Of a stretch of 64,000 nt of DNA, positions 20,392-30,775 are shown piece after piece. Numbering within the stretch: position 1 is the first letter of the stretch; every line of letters begins with the position of its first letter. The stretch comes from Candidatus Deferrimicrobiaceae bacterium (GTDB lineage: Bacteria > Desulfobacterota > Deferrimicrobia > Deferrimicrobiales > Deferrimicrobiaceae). The notes under the pieces were generated by a model. The model made no database searches, had not been told where the DNA came from, and saw only the letters and a list, made by a program, of their open reading frames with translations. The stretch spans positions 172,286 through 236,285 of the forward strand of contig CAWBVY010000007.1 in NCBI GenBank assembly GCA_963792415.1, written 5' to 3'. A program made the translations under genes and the position numbers.

Positions 20392-21792
20392 ATGCCGACG
20401 CTGTTCGAAAAGATCCGGGACCGGCACGTCGTGACACGACGGGGGGACGACGTTCTCCTCTACATCGATCGCCAGTTGATCCACGAGGTGACGAGCCCCC
20501 AGGCGTTCGAGGGGCTGCGGCTGGCGGGTCGTTCCGTGCGCCGGCCGGGGGCGATGCTGGCCGTGCCCGACCACAACGTCCCGACCACGCCCGAGCGGGC
20601 GGAGCGGATCGACGACCGCGAGAGCCGCGAGCAGATCGAGGAGTTGAGGAAAAACGCCCTCGGCGCCGGGGTCGCCCTGTTCGACATCACCGATCCGAGG
20701 CAGGGGATCGTGCACATCATCGGCCCGGAGGCTGGGCTCGTCCTGCCGGGGATCACGATCGTCTGCGGCGACTCCCACACCGGGACGCTGGGCGCCTTCG
20801 GGACGATCGCGTTCGGCGTCGGCACCTCGGAGGTCGAACACGTTCTCGCCACGCAGACCTTGTGGCAGACGCCGCCGCGTCGGATGCGCGTCACGGTGGA
20901 CGGCGTGCTCCGCTCCCTGGTCACGCCGAAGGACGTCATCCTCGCGGTGATCGCGAAGATCGGCGCCTCCGGGGGAACCGGGTACGCGATCGAGTTCGCC
21001 GGGGAGACGATCCGGAAGATGTCGATGGAGGGGCGGATGACGGTGTGCAACATGACGATCGAGGCGGGGGCCCGCTTCGGCCTGATCGCCCCCGACGAGA
21101 CCACCTTCTCGTACCTGAAGGGGAGGCCGCTGGCGCCGCCCCCTTCCCTGTGGGACGCCGCGGTCGCGGACTGGAAAATGCTCCCGTCCGACCCGGACGC
21201 GGCGTGGGATCGAGAGGTCGAGATCGACGCATCGAGCCTCGAGCCGCACGTCACCTGGGGCACGAGCCCGCAGGACGCCCTCCCCGTGGGCGGGGTCGTT
21301 CCGGACCCGGAGGCGCAGCCGGACCCCTCGGAGCGGGCGCGGATGCGGCGGGCGCTCGAGTACATGGCGCTTGTCCCGGGGACGCGGATGACCGCGATTC
21401 CCGTGGACAAGGTCTTCATCGGCTCCTGCACGAACGCGCGGATCGAGGACCTGCGCGCCGCCGCCGCGGTGGCGAAGGGGCGGAAGGTCCACGCGAACGT
21501 TACGGCACTGGTCGTTCCGGGGTCGGGGCTGGTGAAGAAACAGGCGGAGGAGGAGGGGCTCGACCGGGTGTTCGTCGAGGCAGGGTTCCAGTGGCGGCTC
21601 CCGGGGTGCTCCATGTGCCTCGGGATGAACCCGGACAAGCTCAAGCCCGGCGAGCGGTGCGCCTCGACGTCGAACCGGAATTTCGAGGGGCGGCAGGGAC
21701 CGGGGGGGCGGACGCACCTGATGAGCCCCGCGATGGCGGCCGCCGCGGCGGTTTCCGGCCGCATCGCGGACGTGCGGGAGGTGGCGCGATGA
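20392..21792 (+). CDS. leuC: 3-isopropylmalate dehydratase large subunit
   Basis: [50 protein letters not shown]; ATG at 20392 after AAGGAG. Confidence 0.95.
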   Translation: MPTLFEKIRDRHVVTRRGDDVLLYIDRQLIHEVTSPQAFEGLRLAGRSVRRPGAMLAVPDHNVPTTPERAERIDDRESREQIEELRKNALGAGVALFDITDPRQGIVHIIGPEAGLVLPGITIVCGDSHTGTLGAFGTIAFGVGTSEVEHVLATQTLWQTPPRRMRVTVDGVLRSLVTPKDVILAVIAKIGASGGTGYAIEFAGETIRKMSMEGRMTVCNMTIEAGARFGLIAPDETTFSYLKGRPLAPPPSLWDAAVADWKMLPSDPDAAWDREVEIDASSLEPHVTWGTSPQDALPVGGVVPDPEAQPDPSERARMRRALEYMALVPGTRMTAIPVDKVFIGSCTNARIEDLRAAAAVAKGRKVHANVTALVVPGSGLVKKQAEEEGLDRVFVEAGFQWRLPGCSMCLGMNPDKLKPGERCASTSNRNFEGRQGPGGRTHLMSPAMAAAAAVSGRIADVREVAR

Positions 21793-22415
21793 TCGAAAAG
21801 TTCCTGTCGTTGAACACCGTGGGGGTCCCCCTGGACCGGGGGAACGTCGATACGGACGCCATCATCCCGGCGCGGTACCTGAAGACGCTGAAGCGGACGG
21901 GACTGGGCGTCGGCCTCTTCCTCGCGTGGCGGTACGACGCGAAAGGTGCGGAACTGCCCGACTTCCCGTTGAACCGGCCGGCGTACAGGGGCGGCGCGGT
22001 CCTGGTGGCGGGCGAGAACTTCGGCTGCGGCTCCTCGCGCGAGCACGCCGTCTGGGCGTTGATGGACTTCGGTTTCCGCGCGGTGATCGCCCCGTCGTTC
22101 AGCGACATCTTCCAGAACAACTGCCTGAAGAACGGGATGCTCCCCGTGACCCTCCCCGCGGCGGAGGTGCGGTCGCTGATCGACGCCCTTCTGGCCGCCC
22201 CGGGCGGCAAGGTCGAGGTGGACCTGCCGGCGCAGACGGTCCGGGGGCCGAACGGCGACGTCCACCGGTTCGCCATCGATCCGTTCGCGAAGAAGTGCCT
22301 CCTCGAGGGGTTGGACGAGATCGCAATGACCCTCACGAGCGCGGCCGAGATCGATCGGTACGAGCGGGAGAGGAAGAAGACGACGCCGTGGCTGTTCCTG
22401 GATCTCGCCGGATGA
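21789..22415 (+). CDS. leuD: 3-isopropylmalate dehydratase small subunit
   Basis: [28 protein letters not shown]; ATG overlaps leuC stop. Confidence 0.95.
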   Translation: MIEKFLSLNTVGVPLDRGNVDTDAIIPARYLKTLKRTGLGVGLFLAWRYDAKGAELPDFPLNRPAYRGGAVLVAGENFGCGSSREHAVWALMDFGFRAVIAPSFSDIFQNNCLKNGMLPVTLPAAEVRSLIDALLAAPGGKVEVDLPAQTVRGPNGDVHRFAIDPFAKKCLLEGLDEIAMTLTSAAEIDRYERERKKTTPWLFLDLAG

Positions 22416-23341
22416 GCGCGGCCCCGAAGGAAGGGGCCGGGAAGTTCCCGATCGCACTCGTCCAGATGGCGATGGGGACGGACCCGCGGGAGAACCTCGA
22501 AAAAGGCGCGGACCGGGTCCGAGAGGCGGCACGCCGGGGGGCCCGGGTGGTGTGCCTTCCCGAACTGTTCCGCACCCGGTACTTCTGCCAGACCGAGGAG
22601 ACGGCCTTCTTCGACCTCGCGGAGCCGCTTCCGGGGCCGACCACGGACGCTCTCTCTGCGGCGGCGCGGGATGCCGGCATCGTCGTGATCGCCCCGGTGT
22701 TCGAGCGCAGGGCTCCCGGGGTGTGCCACAACAGCGCCGCGGTGATCGACGCCGACGGGACGATCGCCGGAATCTACCGGAAGATGCACGTCCCGGACGA
22801 TCCGGGATTCTACGAGAAGTTCTACTTCACCCCGGGGGACCTCGGTTTTCGCGCCTTCGACACCCGCGCGGGGCGGATCGGCGTTCTCATCTGCTGGGAC
22901 CAGTGGTACCCGGAAGGCGCCCGCCTGACGGCGCTCGCCGGCGCGAGCGTCCTCTTCTACCCGACGGCGATCGGATGGCACCCCCGCGAAAAGCGGGAGC
23001 ATGGGGAGCGGCAGCGCGACGCCTGGCGCACCGTCCAGCGGGGGCACGCCATCGCGAACGGCGTCTACGTCGCGGCGGTCAACCGGTCGGGGAAGGAGGT
23101 TCCGCCCGGCGGCGGCGACGGGATCGAATTCTGGGGATCCTCGTTCCTGTGCGGCCCGCAGGGCGAGATCCTGACCGAGGCGTCGGCGGACCGGGAGGAG
23201 ATCCTCTTCGCCGAGGTCGACCTTGCACGCATCGAGGAGGTGCGACGGAACTGGCCGTTCCTGCGGGATCGGCGGATCGACGCCTACGGGGGGATCACGA
23301 GCCGCGTCCTCGACGGCGAGCCGTGGGGGAAAGGGCGGTGA
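22412..23341 (+). CDS. aguB: N-carbamoylputrescine amidase (carbon-nitrogen hydrolase)
   Basis: LPELF, YRKMHVPDDPGFYEKFYF, ICWDQWYPE; adjacent to agmatine deiminase. Confidence 0.88.
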   Translation: MSAAPKEGAGKFPIALVQMAMGTDPRENLEKGADRVREAARRGARVVCLPELFRTRYFCQTEETAFFDLAEPLPGPTTDALSAAARDAGIVVIAPVFERRAPGVCHNSAAVIDADGTIAGIYRKMHVPDDPGFYEKFYFTPGDLGFRAFDTRAGRIGVLICWDQWYPEGARLTALAGASVLFYPTAIGWHPREKREHGERQRDAWRTVQRGHAIANGVYVAAVNRSGKEVPPGGGDGIEFWGSSFLCGPQGEILTEASADREEILFAEVDLARIEEVRRNWPFLRDRRIDAYGGITSRVLDGEPWGKGR

Positions 23342-24411
23342 CCCCCGCGGAAGGAGAAACGGGGGGCAGTTTCCGGATGCCCGCGGAGTGGGAGCCCCAC
23401 GAGGCGACCTGGATCGGCTGGCCGCACAACCGCTCCGACTGGCCGGGAAAGTTCGCGGCCATCCCGTGGGTCTACGGGGAGATCGTCCGGAAGATCTCCG
23501 CCGGCGAGGACGTCCGGATCCTGGTCGCGTCGAAGCCGCACGAGGCGAAGGCGGTCCGGCTCCTCTCCCGCGTCGGGGTGGATCCGTCCCGCGTCTCTTT
23601 CTTCCGTTTCCCGACCGATCGCGGGTGGACGCGCGATTTCGGCCCGATCTTCGTCCGCAGGGAGCGCCCGAGGCGCGAAGTGGCCGTCGCCGGGTTCGGG
23701 TTCAACGCGTGGGCGCGATACCCGGACTGGCGGAAGGACGCGGGCATCGCCGCGCGGGCCGCGAAGGCGCTCGGAGTGAAGTTCCTTCCGGTCCGGTTCC
23801 GTGGAAAGCGCGTCGTTCTGGAAGGGGGCGCGATCGAGGTCAACGGGCGGGGAACGCTGATCGCGACGGAGGAGTGCCTCCTCGACCCGGAGGTCCAGGT
23901 TCGCAACCCGGGGAGGACCCGGGAGGAGATGATGGAGGTCTTTCGCACGGTTCTCGGCGTCACGAACGTGATCTGGCTGGGGAAGGGGATCGCCGGGGAC
24001 GACACGCACGGCCATGTGGACGATTTGTGCCGCTTCACGGGCCCCCGCACGGTGGTGCTGTGCCGGGAGACGGATCCGCGGGACGGGAATCATCGCGTGC
24101 TGGAGGAAAACCGGGAGAGGCTCGCGTCCGCCCGGCTGGAAGACGGTTCCCGGCCCGAGGTGGTGCCGCTGCCGATGCCCGCGCCGCTGCGCTTCGACGG
24201 GATCCGCCTGCCGGCCAGCTACGCCAACTTCTACGCCTGCAACGCGGCGGTGCTCGTCCCCACCTTCAACGACCCGAACGACCGGATCGCGCTCGGGGTC
24301 CTCTCCGAGCTGTTCCGGGACCGGCCGGTGGTCGGGATCCACGCCGTGGATCTCGTGTGGGGGTTCGGCACGCTCCACTGCCTGACGCAGCAGCAGCCGG
24401 CGTCCGCTTGA
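23338..24411 (+). CDS. aguA: Agmatine deiminase
   Basis: RMPAEWEPH, WTRDFGP, LEGGAIE, DDTHGHVD, ASYANF, GTLHCLTQQ. Confidence 0.92.
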   Translation: MTPAEGETGGSFRMPAEWEPHEATWIGWPHNRSDWPGKFAAIPWVYGEIVRKISAGEDVRILVASKPHEAKAVRLLSRVGVDPSRVSFFRFPTDRGWTRDFGPIFVRRERPRREVAVAGFGFNAWARYPDWRKDAGIAARAAKALGVKFLPVRFRGKRVVLEGGAIEVNGRGTLIATEECLLDPEVQVRNPGRTREEMMEVFRTVLGVTNVIWLGKGIAGDDTHGHVDDLCRFTGPRTVVLCRETDPRDGNHRVLEENRERLASARLEDGSRPEVVPLPMPAPLRFDGIRLPASYANFYACNAAVLVPTFNDPNDRIALGVLSELFRDRPVVGIHAVDLVWGFGTLHCLTQQQPASA

Positions 24412-24422
24412 GGGGATGTGGA

Positions 24423-24740
24423 ATGCCGGCGAGAATCATCGCGTCCGTCCTCGTCGCGGCCTTCGCCCTGGCGCTGTTCCTCGCGCCGGCCGCCGCTGAG
24501 GAGCGGACGGTACTGGGGACGATCGTCCGGCTCGATCCCGCGGAAGGCGTGCTGGTCGTTCGGGACGCCGCGGGAGCGTCGTGGAGCTTCAAGGTCGAGG
24601 CCGACGCCGGGATCGACCTGTCGGCGTTCCGCCGGGGCGACCGGGTCAAGGTGTCGATCGGCCGCGCGACTCCGCTCAACATGATCACGGCGGCGGACCT
24701 GCTGCGCAAGGGGGACCGGGTCGAGGTGGCACCGTACTGA
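24423..24740 (+). CDS. Small exported hypothetical protein (OB-fold-like repeats of GDRVKV)
   Basis: Signal peptide ending APAAA; 105 aa; RBS-like GAGGGG. Confidence 0.65.
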   Translation: MPARIIASVLVAAFALALFLAPAAAEERTVLGTIVRLDPAEGVLVVRDAAGASWSFKVEADAGIDLSAFRRGDRVKVSIGRATPLNMITAADLLRKGDRVEVAPY

Positions 24741-24776
24741 CCGGTCGGGCGGCGCAACCCGAAAGGAGGCGGATTC

Positions 24777-24905
24777 GTGAGCAAATGGGTCGTCCTGTGC
24801 CCCGAGTGCGGGGAGGAGTTCAAGATCGACGTGGAGGAGATCCCGGAGCGTTGCCCCCTTTGCAAGCACGAGGGGAGCTTCGAGATCGTGGACGTGGACG
24901 AATGA
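24777..24905 (+). CDS. 42-aa rubredoxin/zinc-ribbon-like protein (not in ORF track)
   Basis: MSKWVVLCPECGEEFKIDVEEIPERCPLCKHEGSFEIVDVDE*; AAAGGAGG RBS before GTG; two CxxC motifs. Confidence 0.75.
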   Translation: MSKWVVLCPECGEEFKIDVEEIPERCPLCKHEGSFEIVDVDE

Positions 24906-24911
24906 GGTGAA

Positions 24912-26525
24912 ATGGCCGGCCCGGACCTCCTGCTGATTCACCCGCCCGCCGCCCGGGCCGCGGAACCGCCGCTGGGGACGGCGGTGCTCCTGTCCCACCT
25001 GCGCAGGGGAGGCGCGACGGCGGAGGCGATCGACGCCAACCTCGAGGCGCACCTTTACCTTCTCGACGGGGAGCGACTGGCGCACGCCGCCGGCCCCGCG
25101 CCCGCGATCGCTCTCCACCGGGCCATGACGGGCGTCCCCGAGGCGCTCTCCTTCCTCCGTTCCCCCGATGCCGGAAGATCGTTTCCGCGGTACGCCGCCG
25201 CCGCGCGCCGCCTGAACACGGCGCTCTCCGCGCACCGCGGCGCAGGCGGGCGCGAACGTTGGACGCTCGGCGACTACGTCCACGCCGATCTCTCGGAATA
25301 TTCTCCCCGGGATCTCTCGCTCGCGGCGTCCGGGAAGGCGGGAACGATCTTCTCCGGCTACTTCCGCGACGCCCTCCTCCCCCGCGTCGACAGGATGCGT
25401 CCGCGCGGCGTCGCGATCTCCGTCAACTACCGGCACCAGGTCCTCCCCGCGTTCGAGCTTGCGGGGCTGCTGCGACGCCGCCTGCCGGGCGTCGCCCTCT
25501 ACGGCGGTGGCGGGATGTTCACCTCCTGGAGGAGTTCGCTCCGCGGCATGGAGCTTTCGTTCCTCCCCTTCGACCGGGTCGGGTTCGGTCCGGGGGAGAG
25601 CGCCCTCGCCGCGGCGGCCGGGGGCGCGTCACCGGGCGGCGGCGTCTTTTTCGAGGACGGGGAAGCGGTGGAGTTCCTCCCCGATTTCGGGTTCGCGACC
25701 CTCCGGGAGTACCTGTCCCCGGAGCCGGTCCTCCCCGTCACCGCCACGCGGGGATGCTACTGGAGGAGATGCCGGTTCTGCCCCGAGGCGGTCGCCCCCA
25801 TCCATCCGTACCGGGCGACGGCCCCGGGGACGTTCCCCACGCTTCTGCGGGCGCTGTCCGACCGGTACGGCGTCCGGCGGTTTCACCTGACGGACAACGC
25901 GATCCCGGTGGCCACCCTCCGGTCGATGGCGGACGCGGGGAGCGCGCTGCGCGGCCTTTCGTGGCACGGGTTCGCCCGGTTCGAGCGGGAGCTGCTCGAA
26001 CCGGGGTTCGCTTCCTCCCTGGCCGCCGCGGGTTGCTCGATGCTTCAGCTGGGGCTGGAGAGCGGATCGCAGCCGCTCCTCGATCGGATGGGAAAGGGGA
26101 CGCGCGTCGCCGACGCCTCGGCGATCCTGTCGAACCTCTCCCGCGCGGGGATCGTCGCCTACGTGTACGTGATGCTCGGCGCCCCGGGAGAGACGGAGGG
26201 CGACGCGGAGCGGACGCGGTCGTTCCTCTCGGAGCATGCCGGGGAGATCGGATTCCTGAACCTGTCGATCCTCAACATGCCGCGCGATGCCTCCTGGCCG
26301 GGGATCGCCGGTGGGGGCGCACCGCGGGAGGGCGGGTTCAACGACGAGGACGAGCCGCTCGGCCTGTACAGGCGGGTCCCGGCGAGCGGCGGCTGGGGGA
26401 GGCCGCAGGCCCGGCGGTTTTTGCAGAAGCGCGTCCTGGGCGACCCGGCGATCCGCGCCATCGCGGCCCGAACCCCGCCCTGGTTCGGCGACAGCCACGC
26501 CTTCTTCTTCCGCGGAGCGACCTGA
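24912..26525 (+). CDS. Radical SAM protein with N-terminal cobalamin-binding-like domain
   Basis: LLIHPP..PPLG N-terminus, TRGCYWRRCRFC (CX3CX2C), GLESGSQPLLDRMGKG. Confidence 0.85.
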   Translation: MAGPDLLLIHPPAARAAEPPLGTAVLLSHLRRGGATAEAIDANLEAHLYLLDGERLAHAAGPAPAIALHRAMTGVPEALSFLRSPDAGRSFPRYAAAARRLNTALSAHRGAGGRERWTLGDYVHADLSEYSPRDLSLAASGKAGTIFSGYFRDALLPRVDRMRPRGVAISVNYRHQVLPAFELAGLLRRRLPGVALYGGGGMFTSWRSSLRGMELSFLPFDRVGFGPGESALAAAAGGASPGGGVFFEDGEAVEFLPDFGFATLREYLSPEPVLPVTATRGCYWRRCRFCPEAVAPIHPYRATAPGTFPTLLRALSDRYGVRRFHLTDNAIPVATLRSMADAGSALRGLSWHGFARFERELLEPGFASSLAAAGCSMLQLGLESGSQPLLDRMGKGTRVADASAILSNLSRAGIVAYVYVMLGAPGETEGDAERTRSFLSEHAGEIGFLNLSILNMPRDASWPGIAGGGAPREGGFNDEDEPLGLYRRVPASGGWGRPQARRFLQKRVLGDPAIRAIAARTPPWFGDSHAFFFRGAT

Positions 26526-26529
26526 GTTC

Positions 26530-28542
26530 TTACCCCCGCACGACGACCCGGGCGTCCGCGATCGAAAGTCCCCGCGCGTGGACGATGACCGGGTTGAGGT
26601 CCATCTCCTCGATCTCCGGGTGCGACGCGAGGAACGCCGAGAGCTGCAGCAGGAGCCCCCGAAGGGCGTCGAGATCCCCGGCGGGCTTCCCGCGCAGCCC
26701 CGTGAGCGCCCTGTACCCGCGGATCTCCCGGATCATTTCCATGGCGTCCTTCTCCGAGAGCGGCGCAACGCGGAACGAGACGTCCTTCATCACCTCGACG
26801 AAGATTCCCCCGAGACCGAACATCACGGCGTGGCCGAACTGCGGATCCTTCGTCACGCCGACGATCACCTCGTTTCCGGCGGGCGCCATCGCGCAGACGA
26901 GCGCCCCTCCGGCCCGCGCGCCAAGCCTTTCTTCCGCGGCCCGGATCGCCCGGAACGCCGCGCGGACGCCGGCGTCGTCGGCCACGTCCAGGATGACGCC
27001 CCCGGCGTCGCTCTTGTGCGTGACGTCGGGTGAGTTCATCTTCACCGCGACGGGGAAGCCGACCCCGCGCGCCGCGGCGACCGCCTCGTCCTCGGTCCCC
27101 GCGCGCCGGAAGCGGGTCAACGGGAACCCGGCCCGGGCGAGGAACTCCATCGAATCGGCGGGGGTCATCGCCGTCCCCGCCGTCGCCTCCCCGTGCCCCG
27201 CCCCTTCCATCGAGAGCGGGAAGAGGTCGCGGTGGAACCGGACGTGGCACGAGAGGGCCTTCACGGCCCGCTCCGGCGTGGGGAAGACGGCGATCTTCCT
27301 CTCGTGGAACAGCAACCGCTCCGCGCGCTCCACGTCGGCGCCGCCGAGGTAGGACACCAGCTCGCACCGGCCGGGGCGGATCACTTCGGAGGCTCCGGGG
27401 ATCGGGTCCCCGAAGATCGTCATCACCGCGTCGAACTCCCCCTCGGCCGCGTCGAGCACGTTCCGGTAGCGGGCGGCGTCGGTGTCCCCGGTGAGATCGA
27501 GGGGGTTCCCGACGATGCAGTGGGAGGGGAGGATCTCCCGGAGCTTCCCGGTGAGTCCGGTGGAAAGCGGGGTGACGCGCAGCCCTTCCTCCTCGGCCAC
27601 GTCGGTGGCGATGATCGCGGACCCGCCGGAGCTCGTGACGATCAGCATTCGCGGACCCCTGGGGGGCGGGAGGTAGGCGAGGGCCTTCGCGAAATCGTAC
27701 AGTTCCTCGAGCGTGCCGGCGCGGTGCACGCCGTTCTGGCGGAACACGGCGTCGTAGATCTCGTCGCGCCCCGCGAGCGACCGGGTGTGCGACTCCGCCG
27801 CCTTGCGTCCCCGCTCCGTCCTCCCGGCCTTGAAGATCACGATCGGCTTCGGGCAGGCGCGGACGGCGGAGAGGAACTTCGGGGCGTCCTTCACCCCTTC
27901 GATGTAGAGGGCGATCACCTTCGTGTGCGGGTCCTCCGCGAAGAAGGCGATCAGGTCCGCCTCGTCGACGTCCGAGCGGTTCCCCATGCTGACGAATGCG
28001 GAGAACCCGAGCCGCTCCTCCGACGCCCAGTCGATCAGCGCGGCGCCGACGGTACCGCTCTGGGAGACGATCGCGATCTCCCCCCGCCGGGTGATCAGGG
28101 GCCACGAGGCGCACACGCCGTGGTACGGGTAGTTCACGCCCTGGCAGTTGGGCCCGACGACGCGGATGCCCGCCTCCTGCGCCGCCTTCGTCATCTCCGC
28201 CTGGAGCGCCGCCCCCGGCTCGCCGGACTCGGCGAACCCCCCCGTGATCACGATCGCCGACTTCACCTTCCGCCCCCCCAGTTCCCGCATCGTCCCGGGG
28301 ACGAGCTTCGCGGGGATGATCACGACCGCGAGGTCGGTCCCCTCGGGGAGGTCGACGGCGGATTTGATGGAGGGGACGCCCAGGATCACCTCCCCCTTCG
28401 GGTTCACCGGGACGATCTCGCCGGCGTAGCCGGCCTCCGTGATGTTGCGGAAGATCTGGAACCCCATCTTGTCGGGGTTCGAGGATGCGCCGATCACGGC
28501 GATCCGGGAGGGACGAAACAGGGGAGACAGGGGAGAGGTCAT
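26530..28542 (-). CDS. Acetate/acyl-CoA ligase (ADP-forming), fused alpha+beta
   Basis: IAVIGAS, GPNCQG, SQSGTVG, AAESHTRSLAG (phospho-His), HKSDAGGV, DPQFG, EMDLNP. Confidence 0.88.
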   Translation of the reverse strand: MTSPLSPLFRPSRIAVIGASSNPDKMGFQIFRNITEAGYAGEIVPVNPKGEVILGVPSIKSAVDLPEGTDLAVVIIPAKLVPGTMRELGGRKVKSAIVITGGFAESGEPGAALQAEMTKAAQEAGIRVVGPNCQGVNYPYHGVCASWPLITRRGEIAIVSQSGTVGAALIDWASEERLGFSAFVSMGNRSDVDEADLIAFFAEDPHTKVIALYIEGVKDAPKFLSAVRACPKPIVIFKAGRTERGRKAAESHTRSLAGRDEIYDAVFRQNGVHRAGTLEELYDFAKALAYLPPPRGPRMLIVTSSGGSAIIATDVAEEEGLRVTPLSTGLTGKLREILPSHCIVGNPLDLTGDTDAARYRNVLDAAEGEFDAVMTIFGDPIPGASEVIRPGRCELVSYLGGADVERAERLLFHERKIAVFPTPERAVKALSCHVRFHRDLFPLSMEGAGHGEATAGTAMTPADSMEFLARAGFPLTRFRRAGTEDEAVAAARGVGFPVAVKMNSPDVTHKSDAGGVILDVADDAGVRAAFRAIRAAEERLGARAGGALVCAMAPAGNEVIVGVTKDPQFGHAVMFGLGGIFVEVMKDVSFRVAPLSEKDAMEMIREIRGYRALTGLRGKPAGDLDALRGLLLQLSAFLASHPEIEEMDLNPVIVHARGLSIADARVVVRG

Positions 28543-28559
28543 CCGCGCGCTCCTTTCGG

Positions 28560-29753
28560 TCAGTAGACGAGGCGGGCACGGATCGTGTTGGGGATCCGCC
28601 GGAGCCCCTCCACGATCCCGAGGTCGCACCCCTGCGCCACGTCGATCAGCGCGTACCCCAGGCGGCCGCGCGTCTCGAGCCGCTGCCCGGCGATGTTGAC
28701 GCCGTTCCGCGCGAAGAGGTCGTTGATCTGCGCCAGCATCCCGGGGAGGTTCTCATGGACGTGGGCGAACCGGTGGCGCTGGGGAGTCGAGGAGGGGGAC
28801 AGGACCGGAAAGTTCACGCTCGTGGACGTGCTTCCCGTCGACAGGTATTCGTTGAGTTGCGCCGCCACGAATCCCCCGATCCCCTGCTGCGCCTCCTCGG
28901 TCGAGCCGCCGATGTGGGGGGTCAGGATCACGTTCGGGAGCCCCTGAAGCGGCGAGGAGAAGGGGTCCTTGTTGGACCGGGGCTCCTCCGGGAATACATC
29001 CACCGCCGCGCCGCGGACCTTCCCGCCGCGCACGTTCCGCGCGAGCGCCTCCACGTCCACCACGAAGCCGCGGCTCAGGTTGAGGAAGATCACCCCGTCC
29101 TTCATCGCCGCGAATTCCCGCTCCCCGACGAGCCCCCGGTTTTCCTCCCGTCCGTCGACGTGGATGGTGACGATGTCCGAGACCCGCAGAAGTTCCTCCA
29201 GGGAGCACTTCCGGGCGTTCCCCAGCGAAAGCTTCTCCACGAGGTCGTGATAGTGCACCTCCATCCCCATCGCTTCCGCGAGGATGGAGAGTTGGGAGCC
29301 GATGTTCCCGTACCCGACGATCCCGAGCTTCTTCCCGCGGATCTCGTGGAACCCCTCCGAGGACTTCCCCCAGACCCCCCGGTGGAGGTTTGCGCTGCCG
29401 CCGAACACGCCGCGAAGGAGAAGGATCATCTCGCCCAGGGCAAGTTCGACCACGCTGCGGGTGTTGCTGTAGGGGGCGTTGAAGACCGCCACCCCGCGCC
29501 GGCTGCACGCCTCGATGTCGACCTGTTCCGTCCCGATGCAGAACGCGCCGATGGCCAGAAGGTCCGGGGCGCGCTCCAGAAGGTCGGCGGTCACGCGGGT
29601 TTTCGAGCGGATGCCGAGAACGGAGATGTCCCCGATCTCCTGGGCGAGCACCTTCCGGGGAGGGCTGTGCGGCACCCGTTCCACGGCATGCCCGGCCGCG
29701 GCGAATACCGCCCCCGCGTCGGGGTGGATGTTCTCCAGCAGGAGGATCTTCAT
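28560..29753 (-). CDS. serA: D-3-phosphoglycerate dehydrogenase
   Basis: MKILLLENIHP, GIRSKT, FCIGT, NAPYSNTRSV, GIVGYGNIG, TPHIGGSTEEAQ, C-terminal ACT domain. Confidence 0.9.
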   Translation of the reverse strand: MKILLLENIHPDAGAVFAAAGHAVERVPHSPPRKVLAQEIGDISVLGIRSKTRVTADLLERAPDLLAIGAFCIGTEQVDIEACSRRGVAVFNAPYSNTRSVVELALGEMILLLRGVFGGSANLHRGVWGKSSEGFHEIRGKKLGIVGYGNIGSQLSILAEAMGMEVHYHDLVEKLSLGNARKCSLEELLRVSDIVTIHVDGREENRGLVGEREFAAMKDGVIFLNLSRGFVVDVEALARNVRGGKVRGAAVDVFPEEPRSNKDPFSSPLQGLPNVILTPHIGGSTEEAQQGIGGFVAAQLNEYLSTGSTSTSVNFPVLSPSSTPQRHRFAHVHENLPGMLAQINDLFARNGVNIAGQRLETRGRLGYALIDVAQGCDLGIVEGLRRIPNTIRARLVY

Positions 29754-29775
29754 CGCATTCTCCGGTGCTCGCACG

Positions 29776-30663
29776 TCAGGACCGGCAGACGGGGCAGGAG
29801 GGGGATTCCCCTTGTTCCGCCCGGCGGCGGTCCTCCTCGTCCTGGTACTGCGGGACGTCGTGGCGGGGGGTCCGGTCGTCCCCTTCCGCGAACGCCTTCG
29901 CTTTCCACTCCTCGTCCTCCGACCAGCGGAAAGGAAGATCCTTCATGGAGCCCGGAGCCGTCATCGTCCCGAAGGAGGAGAGCGCCTCGACCAGGATCCG
30001 GCGCTGCAGTTCGGGTTCGTGCGGCTTGCCGGTCGTGAGCCCGAGGGGGAAGTCGAGGAACGCCGCGCGGGGAGGGTTCACCCCCCGCGTGATGTCCCGC
30101 GCGCTCGTCATGCAGAGCGTCGGGATCCCGGCGGCCTCCGCGTGCCTTGCGACCAGTCCCACGGACTGGTGGCAGACGGGTCAAACAGGTACCAGCAGGA
30201 CCGCGTCGACGCCGTCCTCGAGGAACCGGGCGGTCAGCCGCGGGGCCAGATCCCCGGTGACGCGGCGGGAGGAGTAGATCCCTCCCATGAACGTGTGGAA
30301 ACGGCTCGCCAGCCCCCCGAGGAACCCCTCCCGCACGAGGCGGCGCAGCGTGTCGATCGGGAAGACGACGTTCGGGTCCGTGCGCGCGTCGGACAAATCG
30401 TATGCGAAGTGGGTTGCGCGCAGTTCCTTCGTGTCGACGTCCGTCGGGATTTCGCGCAACGAGGTGTCATCCTTGTGGTGGAACGCCACCTGTCCGGCGA
30501 CGTAGATCCCGCCCGAGGCGGCCAGGCCCAGCCGGCATTGCGAAAGGGGCTTTCGAAGCGGCGCCCACGGCGCGGTGTCCCGGTTGACCACCCAGTCGTA
30601 CGCCTTGTACCCCAGCCGTGCGTAGTTGTCGCGGATCCTCGGAATGTAGTCGACGGGTCCCAT
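29776..30663 (-). CDS. GrdB/PrdB-like reductase selenoprotein B family (UPVC; Sec at TGA 30181-30183)
   Basis: PLRKPLSQCRLGLAASGG, DPNVVFPIDTLR, DAVLLVPV-U-PVCHQSVGLVARHAEAAGIPT, NPPRAAFLDFPLG read through in one frame. Confidence 0.88.
30152..30170 (-). promoter_or_regulatory. Putative SECIS element of the PrdB-like gene
   Basis: Perfect 8-bp stem ACCAGTCC-GTG-GGACTGGT starting 10 nt after the UGA. Confidence 0.72.
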
Positions 30664-30775
30664 GATTCCCTCCGTGCCCTGGATTCTACCGCAGAACGGG
30701 TCGTCGCGAGGAGGGAGGGAAAAGGAAGGAGGGCGTCCGGGCCCGTGAGCCCGGGCGCCCGGCGTGTCAGCGGGT

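Noticed and set aside
24738-24777. TGA of the exported protein is in frame with the downstream Cys4 miniprotein (possible fifth Sec readthrough)
   Set aside because: The miniprotein has its own strong RBS, the TGA is not in a redox motif, and in-frame spacing has a 1-in-3 chance
24777-24905. LysW amino-group carrier
   Set aside because: Lacks the C-terminal EDWGE and no lysX/argX genes are nearby
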